Origin: Promethearchaeota archaeon
GTDB lineage: Archaea; Asgardarchaeota; Lokiarchaeia; Sigyniarchaeales; SOKP01
Length of the DNA: 46,216 nucleotides
Direction: 5' to 3'
Assembly: GCA_019058015.1 (NCBI GenBank)
Contig: JAHLWH010000174.1
Span: 1-46,216, forward strand
Below are positions 20,858 through 29,333 of the stretch, piece after piece; position 1 is the first letter of the stretch, and every line of letters starts with the position of its first letter. The translations under genes and the position numbers were made by a program. The notes below the pieces were generated by a model, which did no database searches, had not been told where the DNA came from, and worked only from the letters and a program-made list of their open reading frames with translations.

Positions 20858-21230
20858 TTTTTATAGATCCGAAATTTAATTATCACTTGAATATGATAGG
20901 GTAGGAGTTTTAATTTTAAAGATTACGATTACCCTCTGAAAATGGCTTCTATCATATTTTAAATGGAATAAAATTGAATTCTTAAGGAACAATCTAAGAT
21001 CTAGTATTCTTCATCAAAAATCTAAGATCCATTAAATTGTTTAAAAGACGTCTCTGATAAAAATATAAAAAGAAACTGCAATTATATTTAAAAATTAATA
21101 AGTTTATTATGTCAAAAGTTCTTAAATTATTAAAAAATTATTTATGTGTAAAAAACTAAAAATTAATTTTTATCTAAAAATATTAGCCTAAATCTATTAG
21201 GGTGCGTTATTTGATATGTTTTAAAAAAAT

Positions 21231-21974
21231 TTATTCTAAATTTAATAATTTATTTAATTTTGGGGTAATCTCATCAGAAAAATCATAATATTGAAGAAAA
21301 AGATCCAAAAATTCATCGTAATCATTTTCATTTAAATTAAAATTTTGAAATATCAGGTTGCGCGAAATATCAGAAAGAGGAGTATTACTCATCCAATTTA
21401 AAAACTTACTAAAAAAATCGACATCGCCAGTTAAAATGTAACCTAAATTAATCCAAACTTTATCAGGAACAAGTCCCTCATTATTAAATAATGTTTTTTC
21501 GATAATCTCTAAGCTTTCTTTATTATTTTTAATTTTCTGTAATGCTTTAAAATTAACCCCATTACTTATTTTAAAGCTTTCAATGAATAGCTTTTGTGCT
21601 TCTATTTTATTCCCTGCAATTTCTTCAGTCAATCCCAAATAATAATAATTTACATCAAAAAATTGATTGATTTTTTTAGAAGCAATGAAAAATTCTTTTG
21701 CAGTATTATATTTCTTTTGCTTAAATTTTATTTTTCCTAGAATGTATTGTGATTCAAAATCTTCAGGATCGCTCAGTATTGCTTTATTGAGAAAATCTTC
21801 ACTTTCTTCAAATTTTCTTAACTTATAGAGAACCTTTGCCATAAAACCATAAGCAGTACTGTAATCACTATCAATTTCAAATATGTTTTTCAGAAGTTTG
21901 TATGCTTCTTCGATGTTATTCTCACTATATCTGAATTCCGCTTCCAACAACATGTTTTCTAATTTAGAATTCAT
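21231..21974 (-). CDS. Tetratricopeptide-repeat protein
   Basis: Three to four TPR-like units, e.g. AYGFMAKVLYKLRKFEESEDFLNKAILSDP and YYYLGLTEEIAGNKIEAQKLF. Confidence 0.85.
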   Translation of the reverse strand: MNSKLENMLLEAEFRYSENNIEEAYKLLKNIFEIDSDYSTAYGFMAKVLYKLRKFEESEDFLNKAILSDPEDFESQYILGKIKFKQKKYNTAKEFFIASKKINQFFDVNYYYLGLTEEIAGNKIEAQKLFIESFKISNGVNFKALQKIKNNKESLEIIEKTLFNNEGLVPDKVWINLGYILTGDVDFFSKFLNWMSNTPLSDISRNLIFQNFNLNENDYDEFLDLFLQYYDFSDEITPKLNKLLNLE

Positions 21975-22116
21975 CTAATGGAACTCAAGAATTTTTTTAT
22001 CCAATATGGTTAATTTAATTTTATTATATTCTATTAATTAATTTTTCTGTAACTCATTATTAATTCCAATTTTTTTTTATTGAATTTAAAAAATCTGATG
22101 ATTTTTTCTTTTTATA

Positions 22117-24648
22117 TCATGCTAATGCATTAAATCCCTCAAATTCTTTCAATTTACTTTTATTTTTTCTTAATTTTGTTGATTGTATTATTGATTTACA
22201 GATTGTCAAGTTTAATCCTGTTTTATGCCGCAACATATGAGGGTTTTCAGAAAGAACTTTTGATGCTATGTGATATCCAGCATTAAACAAAATCCGACCC
22301 CTGACTCTTCCTACATTCCTTAACCTTAAAACTAAATCAAATAATTCTTCACGAATTCCGTGTGTAATTCGGATTATTAATGTTTCACATAAATTTGCAG
22401 TTTTATCATCATCTAGATAGGAAGCAATTATTCCAATAAATTTGATAATTCTGATAATGTTTTCTTTAATTGAAAATAAATCCCCCGCATAAATTTTGAA
22501 TTCATCTAAAACATTTTGTAAAGGTTCTTCATCTGCCCACCAAATGAGTGGTTTCATCATTTTCATATTTCTGATTCTCGATTCTGATTTCAATACAACA
22601 AAAGAACACTTAATTAAACTTTTATAATCATTAACCTCACCGTTTTCTAGCATTTTTCTAATTTTTACACCGCTTGATGGATACAGATATAATTTTATTA
22701 TTAATTTTCCAAAATTCGAGCAAATTAATTTATTTCTTTCTTTTAATAAAAGCCCTTTCTCAATTAAATAATCTAAAATATATTCTCCCCTGACGCTCTT
22801 AGGAATAATATCATTTACATATTTAGTTATATTTATATCCGTCTGAGAAACCAAAGATAAAAAAAAACTACTTACGTGATTGCAAAAAATAAAGCTACAA
22901 GAATTTTTTCCTAGTAGATCTTCTCCAACTCTATTATTAAAATTGCAACTACAGGTAATTCCGTTATCTATATTAAATCTTATATGAAAGATTCCAAAAT
23001 CAGTTTTGACAATTCCATCTATTGAATCCTTTGAAATATTTGTAATTTTTGTTTGATAGTTGGAATTTTTGATTTTTTCTAAAATTTCTGGATTTGAATG
23101 TAATTTCAATATATTTTCTGGTGTTATTTCTTTAATTCGTAGGAATTGATCTATGGGAATTATTTTATCCTTTATGCAATTCCAGTAATATGTTTTTTCA
23201 AAAAAATTTTTTAATTCATTAAATGAAATGGATTCTTGCTCAAAAACCCTTAATAATACTTGTTCTCTTAAAGTTTCAGTAGAATTTATGGCTGATTGAA
23301 TGGGATTGAATATAGGAACCAATCGCTTCCCATCCTCTCCAATTTGAAAATAGTGATCCTCCACCCATATTTTTTCTTCAATATTTTTTACAAGTATTAT
23401 TCCGTAACCTTTAAGATCTAAACCGGGTCTGCCTGCCCTGCCGAGCATTTGAAATATCTGATTTCTTGAAAAAGGCTCAAAATAAGTAAATCCATTGCTA
23501 AAATCTTCATAAAATTTAGAAAAATCAGTAATATTATCTACACTTGTTTGATACCTTTTAAAGTCTTTAATAATTACCATTCTTGCTGGTGTGTTTATTC
23601 CTGCCGAGAGAGTTGTTGTGGAACAAATTACTTTTAAAATTCTCTTATTGAAATATTCTTCGATTATTTGTCGTTCTTTTGAAAGAAGTCCTGCATGATG
23701 GAAAGCCACACCCGCTTTTATGCAGCTCTTTAATTCAGTAATTCCTCCCTTAATATTTTCTAATTGTTGGGATAATTTTTTACAAATTGATAGTTCTTGT
23801 GGATCCAACTTTTTCTTTATAAAATTTTTCAGGTAAAGAGCAAGCTTCTGTGCTTCCTTCCTTTTATTCATGAATATTATTATTTGGCCTTTTTTCTTTA
23901 AAATTTCATTTACATAATGTTTAATGGTCGAATCTTTATTTTGAGATACTTTAATATCATATTTTAAGGGAACCGGCCTTTCATTAGAAATTATTAAGAT
24001 AAATTCTTGCCCAAGTGAAGATAGCCAGTCGCAAAAAAATTCAGGATTTGCTACTGTGGCAGATAACGCAATAATTTGAGGATTAATCAAAAATTCATTC
24101 AATCTAACAATTAATGATTCTAACCGCGGACCTCTCTCGCTCTCACCAACACAATGTATTTCATCTATAATAATTGTAGTAATTTCATTAATCCATTTTT
24201 CTTCTTTATAATTTCTTAAGATTGAATCCATCTTCTCATAGGTAGTTATAATTATATCAGCTTTTTGGAGTTCCTTATCGTCAATGACAATATCCCCGAT
24301 TGATAATTCTGTTTTTATGCCATATTTGCTGTAGTTCTTTTTAAAATATTGATATTTCTCAGAAGCTAACGCTTTAAATGGTACTAAATAAACTGCCTTT
24401 CCGTAGTTTTTGAAAATATTATTAACAATACATAATTCGCCAATCAATGTTTTTCCGCTACCAGAAGGTGCGACAACCAAAAAGGATTTATTAAAATAGA
24501 GTCCCTTAATAATTGCTTCTTTTTGTATATCTCGTAAATAATAGATGTTATTTTTTAATAAGATTCTAATTATTCTCTCATCATCTATATATTGATTAAG
24601 TTCTGAGATTATTTCCTCCGGTGATTTTTCAAAATTAGTGGTTGTCAT
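22117..24648 (-). CDS. Ski2-like SF2 helicase (Hel308/Hjm family) with an inserted SWIM-like zinc finger
   Basis: APSGSGKT, DEIH, LSAT, GVAFHHAGL, TTTLSAGINTPA, QMLGRAGRPGLD, a C-terminal HhH (LRNVGRVRGRILFNAG), and a CSC-x-CNH insert. Confidence 0.93.
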   Translation of the reverse strand: MTTTNFEKSPEEIISELNQYIDDERIIRILLKNNIYYLRDIQKEAIIKGLYFNKSFLVVAPSGSGKTLIGELCIVNNIFKNYGKAVYLVPFKALASEKYQYFKKNYSKYGIKTELSIGDIVIDDKELQKADIIITTYEKMDSILRNYKEEKWINEITTIIIDEIHCVGESERGPRLESLIVRLNEFLINPQIIALSATVANPEFFCDWLSSLGQEFILIISNERPVPLKYDIKVSQNKDSTIKHYVNEILKKKGQIIIFMNKRKEAQKLALYLKNFIKKKLDPQELSICKKLSQQLENIKGGITELKSCIKAGVAFHHAGLLSKERQIIEEYFNKRILKVICSTTTLSAGINTPARMVIIKDFKRYQTSVDNITDFSKFYEDFSNGFTYFEPFSRNQIFQMLGRAGRPGLDLKGYGIILVKNIEEKIWVEDHYFQIGEDGKRLVPIFNPIQSAINSTETLREQVLLRVFEQESISFNELKNFFEKTYYWNCIKDKIIPIDQFLRIKEITPENILKLHSNPEILEKIKNSNYQTKITNISKDSIDGIVKTDFGIFHIRFNIDNGITCSCNFNNRVGEDLLGKNSCSFIFCNHVSSFFLSLVSQTDINITKYVNDIIPKSVRGEYILDYLIEKGLLLKERNKLICSNFGKLIIKLYLYPSSGVKIRKMLENGEVNDYKSLIKCSFVVLKSESRIRNMKMMKPLIWWADEEPLQNVLDEFKIYAGDLFSIKENIIRIIKFIGIIASYLDDDKTANLCETLIIRITHGIREELFDLVLRLRNVGRVRGRILFNAGYHIASKVLSENPHMLRHKTGLNLTICKSIIQSTKLRKNKSKLKEFEGFNALA

Positions 24649-24797
24649 TTTTTACTTAAGAGGTTCTTTAATTAATCTGGTTTGAACCTTTTTTAAATCA
24701 GTTAATTATTACTAAAATTGCAATTTATAAAGAAAAAATCTCAAATAAACTACAAATATCTCAATTAAAACCATTTAATACTTTTTTTTCTCACTTC

Positions 24798-24811
24798 TTT
24801 TATTTAAATAG
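24798..24811 (+). promoter_or_regulatory. TATA box with T-rich upstream element (TTTTATTTAAATAG)
   Basis: TTTAAATA at 24803-24810, 24 nt before ATG 24835. The same 13-mer occurs at 25297 and 35767. Confidence 0.55.
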
Positions 24812-24834
24812 TTTGATTTTATACTTCTACTAAT

Positions 24835-25260
24835 ATGGAATCAGAATTATTTGATCCAGATGACATAAAAATTTCATGCTCGGGAATATGGAAAACAGAA
24901 AGGGATCATGGTATTTTATATTTTGGGATTAAATTAGAGAATAACTCAGAATTTAATATTTATAATCTCAAATTTTTCTTACACAAAATTCCCATAGATA
25001 TGAAATTAGAGCCAAAACAAATTCATAGAATCCCAAATTTGAATCCAAAAACGAATATCTCAGTTTATTTCAGATTAATTCCTGGAAGAAATTATATTTT
25101 TGATACTGTAGAAGGGTTTGTTTCATATCGTGATCTGCGAGAAAAAATACATATTAGAGATATTGAGCCTTATGAAATCGAATTTCAAAGAGATTTTTAT
25201 ACAACGAATAAAATTTTCATAAGGAATTTGAATCAAAAAGTTAAGTCTTCTTCTATTTAA
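24835..25260 (+). CDS. Hypothetical beta-sandwich (Ig-like, adaptin-appendage-like?) protein
   Basis: FGIKLENNSEFNIYNLKFFL...IPNLNP...VYFRLIP...VEGFVSYRD alternating strand pattern. The fold call is tentative. Confidence 0.6.
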   Translation: MESELFDPDDIKISCSGIWKTERDHGILYFGIKLENNSEFNIYNLKFFLHKIPIDMKLEPKQIHRIPNLNPKTNISVYFRLIPGRNYIFDTVEGFVSYRDLREKIHIRDIEPYEIEFQRDFYTTNKIFIRNLNQKVKSSSI

Positions 25261-25296
25261 GTGTTTTCACCAATATAAAAAAAATTTTAGAGTTTT

Positions 25297-25310
25297 TTTT
25301 ATTTAAATAT
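25297..25310 (+). promoter_or_regulatory. TATA box with T-rich upstream element; putative promoter of the 4-gene operon
   Basis: TTTTATTTAAATAT, with TTTAAATA at 25302-25309, 27 nt before ATG 25337. Confidence 0.55.
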
Positions 25311-25336
25311 ACTTATTTGAACATCTATTTGATATT

Positions 25337-27709
25337 ATGGACAATTACTTATATCAAAGTGATACGACATTAGATACTCCGGACAGAGCAGATTATAAAT
25401 ATCATTATAATGAAGCAGAGAAATTGGAGAAAGAAGGAACTCTAGAAAGTCTTGAGTCGGCTATTGTTCATATTGAGATGGCAATCAATAATTTAAACGA
25501 GAATAAAACAATACTACCAGAAAAATCATTAGATTCTGAGTTAAAAAAATTCGCTGAACATCAATTAATGATTAAAACAAATTATCATGAGAAACGGATT
25601 ATTAAATTGTTAAAAGAGGTAGAAAATGAGGAGAAGAGAAAGGATTTTAAGAAATTGGTAAATTTTTATAAGAAAATAAGAGATTCAATGATTTTTTTAT
25701 ATAAATTAGGAAATAAAGGCATAAACATTAATGAAATAAATGAAGTAAAAGAGAAAATTAGTAAATTAACTAAAAAGATATTAAATGAGAATTTATCAAT
25801 CTCTTTGAACAAAAAATCAAGTAAAACTGAGCAGAAGCCACATTCAGTTGAATTTAAAGAGATTAATGCAGAATTTGAGGAAATCAATTTTGACACAAAT
25901 GATCAAATACCGTTACAGAATCATGATACTGAAGGAGAAATAAATATACCGGTAGAGGTTGAATCCATGGTAATTGATCAAAATGAATTAGCTCAATCAG
26001 AAATGATATTATTAAAGGATAATGAAGTGGAGGAGGATAGCATAAATTCACTTGAAAAAATCAACAATAAGAATTTCTTAGATCAAATGATGGTGATTTC
26101 AGATACTCCTGAAATTGAAGAATATAGCATGGAGAGTGAAATTTTAGATAAAAAATCGGTCAAAATGTTATTAGCCCAGTTAAGAAAAACGTTAATTGCT
26201 AATAATTACCAAATTTTCCCGATTGATTTTCAAGAATTATATAATAGGATTGATTTTCTTGCTATAAAGATCTTTCATATTAATGAATTTCTAGATATAT
26301 GTCATATTCTACCTTTGAGACTCGCTAAACTATACGGTTTATTACTTGTCTCAGAAAAAAAGATCGATTATAATAGTAATAATACAAATCTATCTCAGAT
26401 TGAGCGTAAAAATCTAGTAAAGTCATTAAAAGAAGATATAAAAGATGTTGTTCAGATCTTATCAAATGATCTTGAAAATGAGGGCCCAATCGCTAAAAAT
26501 TTCATTTCTTATATTAATGATGAAATTTCCTTACAAAAAAGTAGAATATCAAGTAAAGGCTATTTTTATTGTAGAGGTCGTATGCAATACAATTTCATAA
26601 TTCAGCCAATTATTATTTCCCAAAACAAAATTGGATTTTTGGAGAGGAATATTCCATATGCATTTCAACAATCTTCTGATTTATATATTATTAATATTAA
26701 TGATTTAAATGATCTATTAGGTTACTTGGAACAGAAAAAAAGTTCAATTGAAAAAATTTGTATCAAAAAGCAGCCACTTAATTTATTTATAGATAATAAG
26801 ATAAAATTAAGTAATGCTTTAAGGTTAATAAGCATCGTATTAGGAGTATTTGGGGTTTCTTACTTACTTTCATTGTTTGTAAATGATAAAATTTTTGTCA
26901 GTGTGTTTCAAGTATTACAAATTCCATTTATAATAGGAATAATACTTCTATTAGGTTTCTTTATATACATATATAAAAAAAACCAAGACAAGATCATTCA
27001 AAAATATAATCTACCTTTCGGATTTTCCCATCCTGATTTTGATGGGCAAAATTTATCTATTGCTTTGAATCAAATTAATCCTCCAGAAAGAGAGCAATTC
27101 CTATACGAAATTTACAATAAGCGTCCAATTCCCAATGATTTATTACAAAAGATCCAAAATCCTCACACTTTTTCGGAATTTGTTGAATTATTTGAAACAA
27201 ACTTAGTAAATATCGCATTAAATAATGAGAATTTAACTAAATTAAAACAATCTTTTAAATATTTTAAACAAAAACATAGTTTCTACAAAGCATATTGTAT
27301 TCTTCGGTCAATTCTTGTGTTGAAATTACGAGATTTTATAAGACATCGCTTGAATAAATCAACCGATGATATCCATAATATCCCTTCCCTACTAGATTTA
27401 ATATGCGCTGAATGTAATATCCCATTTAACAATGAGTCTATTAAAGCGATAAAAAGAATAGAGAAAATTCGGGAACTGAAGGGACAAATAAATCAATATT
27501 TTTTTACTCAAATTGTAAATATAGTATACGATATTATCGAAATAATTCAGAACAATACCAAATTGACTGAAGATCATAAAGAATTTAATAATTTTCATGA
27601 AGAAAATGTTCAAAAATTTGAAGAGAATACTATTTTTGAAAAAAGTATTGGTTATACGGGAGGAGACCCACCAGAAAATATATTTAAAGATTTCTTAAAG
27701 GATGATTAA
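25337..27709 (+). CDS. Hypothetical 790-aa 2-TM protein (operon gene 1)
   Basis: Helical N-terminus, acidic linker, alpha/beta domain, TM hairpin (LRLISIVLGV...LLLGFFIYIY) and helical C-terminus. Confidence 0.85.
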   Translation: MDNYLYQSDTTLDTPDRADYKYHYNEAEKLEKEGTLESLESAIVHIEMAINNLNENKTILPEKSLDSELKKFAEHQLMIKTNYHEKRIIKLLKEVENEEKRKDFKKLVNFYKKIRDSMIFLYKLGNKGININEINEVKEKISKLTKKILNENLSISLNKKSSKTEQKPHSVEFKEINAEFEEINFDTNDQIPLQNHDTEGEINIPVEVESMVIDQNELAQSEMILLKDNEVEEDSINSLEKINNKNFLDQMMVISDTPEIEEYSMESEILDKKSVKMLLAQLRKTLIANNYQIFPIDFQELYNRIDFLAIKIFHINEFLDICHILPLRLAKLYGLLLVSEKKIDYNSNNTNLSQIERKNLVKSLKEDIKDVVQILSNDLENEGPIAKNFISYINDEISLQKSRISSKGYFYCRGRMQYNFIIQPIIISQNKIGFLERNIPYAFQQSSDLYIININDLNDLLGYLEQKKSSIEKICIKKQPLNLFIDNKIKLSNALRLISIVLGVFGVSYLLSLFVNDKIFVSVFQVLQIPFIIGIILLLGFFIYIYKKNQDKIIQKYNLPFGFSHPDFDGQNLSIALNQINPPEREQFLYEIYNKRPIPNDLLQKIQNPHTFSEFVELFETNLVNIALNNENLTKLKQSFKYFKQKHSFYKAYCILRSILVLKLRDFIRHRLNKSTDDIHNIPSLLDLICAECNIPFNNESIKAIKRIEKIRELKGQINQYFFTQIVNIVYDIIEIIQNNTKLTEDHKEFNNFHEENVQKFEENTIFEKSIGYTGGDPPENIFKDFLKDD

Positions 27710-28451
27710 AATGATTGAGAATAGTGAGAAGATTGTAAGATGTTTCAAAATTTTGTTTTTCATAGGGATGGGACTGGTTATTGCATCCTTTTTCTCAGAG
27801 TGGTATTATTACGCTTATATCATCAATGGAACTACAATGATTTGGGGATATAATATAATCATAGGATGGAATAGCCTTACAAATAATTCTGAAAATTATC
27901 CTGGGATAGTTGAAATTGATATGATAATCCTTTCACTATATATGTTTATTTTTATTTTAGCAGCAATATCATTTATTTATATTTCACTTGAGCGTCCGCT
28001 TTTTAGCAGAAAAGATTTTTATAATAAGGTAAAGACGTTAAATTATATTTTTCCCGTATATCTTGGATTTAATCTTATAATATTAGCATTATTTTTATTT
28101 AGTTTATTCCAGGCTAATTTCTATTTTCCATTTTTGAAGCTTTATATTGTTTCCGAAGACTCTGAGACACTTTATTGGCTTGGTCCTGGATGTATTTTAC
28201 ATATGATATCTTTTATTATTATGTTTCCATTCTCTACTGCTGTTTTACAAATCCCTCGAAAATTTAAATTAAAGGAGAATAAAATTGAAATTGATGAAAT
28301 AATTGCAATAAGTTCTAGAAAAATAGATTTTGAGAAAATTATTATGAAAGAAAGGATAAAGAAAGATACAACATTCAATCAATCTTCTAACGGTAAATTC
28401 CAAAAAGAAAAATTTAATCTGGATAATATACGCTTGGAGAGTGAATCATAA
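27702..28451 (+). CDS. 4-TM membrane protein (operon gene 2)
   Basis: Four hydrophobic helices and a charged tail. Overlaps gene 1 by 8 nt. Confidence 0.85.
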   Translation: MIKMIENSEKIVRCFKILFFIGMGLVIASFFSEWYYYAYIINGTTMIWGYNIIIGWNSLTNNSENYPGIVEIDMIILSLYMFIFILAAISFIYISLERPLFSRKDFYNKVKTLNYIFPVYLGFNLIILALFLFSLFQANFYFPFLKLYIVSEDSETLYWLGPGCILHMISFIIMFPFSTAVLQIPRKFKLKENKIEIDEIIAISSRKIDFEKIIMKERIKKDTTFNQSSNGKFQKEKFNLDNIRLESES

Positions 28452-29333
28452 GTGTCAAAATTATTAGAAGCCACTAAATTGTTATTACACAATAAAAATT
28501 TCAATGAATTGTATAAAATTTATCTGGATTTGATTTATAACACGGTTATTGAAATCGGTGTAAAATTAAATATTAGAACTCCTAAATCCAATGAAAAGAT
28601 TTATGATTATATGATAATAATCGATAAGTTCCTCTTAAATAATATTAATATTGTTTTATTTGGAGAACATATTCAGAAAATAATTACTTTTTACAATTTA
28701 TATGATAAAGCTGAAAATTCTTCAGAAAATCTAATAATAGATCAGTATGATGTAAAAGAATTAGTAAAAGAATATTATGAACTTAAAGCCTTGCCCGTCC
28801 CTAATGTTTTTCAAGATATTGAGAGTTATAAGACAAGCAAATATGCCAATTTTCAAACATTAAAGGCTTGTAATTTAATTTTTGGTAAAAATATTAAAAA
28901 TTATAATAGTAGTACCAACATTGAAGATGCATTATATGAAATGATTTCCAATCGAATTCAAAATGATTCTGATAAAATCAGGAGAGATTATCAGAAGGGA
29001 AAGCTATCTTTTGATAAAAGTTTCAAAAAATTGGCAACCTTAGATTCAATAAAAAAAACAATAGAGACTTCAAAGAAAAAATCCAGCCAAATAGAGATCA
29101 GTGGAACCTTGTCTGATAATTTAGAATATAAAATCTATACATTACGGATGCCGGGATATCTCATATTATCTTTTGGAATTATTTCAGCGATATTATTGGG
29201 TTTTATATTTATGGAGATATTTTCAGTGCCAATACTGGCTATATCTTTATATCAAAGTGTGATATTTTCTGGATTAATTTGTTTTATTTGTTTTTATATC
29301 TTCATTAAATTCTTTATTAAAGAAAAAAAATGA
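28452..29333 (+). CDS. Helical protein with C-terminal TM hairpin (operon gene 3)
   Basis: The GTG start abuts the previous TAA. Two C-terminal TM helices. Confidence 0.85.
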   Translation: MSKLLEATKLLLHNKNFNELYKIYLDLIYNTVIEIGVKLNIRTPKSNEKIYDYMIIIDKFLLNNINIVLFGEHIQKIITFYNLYDKAENSSENLIIDQYDVKELVKEYYELKALPVPNVFQDIESYKTSKYANFQTLKACNLIFGKNIKNYNSSTNIEDALYEMISNRIQNDSDKIRRDYQKGKLSFDKSFKKLATLDSIKKTIETSKKKSSQIEISGTLSDNLEYKIYTLRMPGYLILSFGIISAILLGFIFMEIFSVPILAISLYQSVIFSGLICFICFYIFIKFFIKEKK

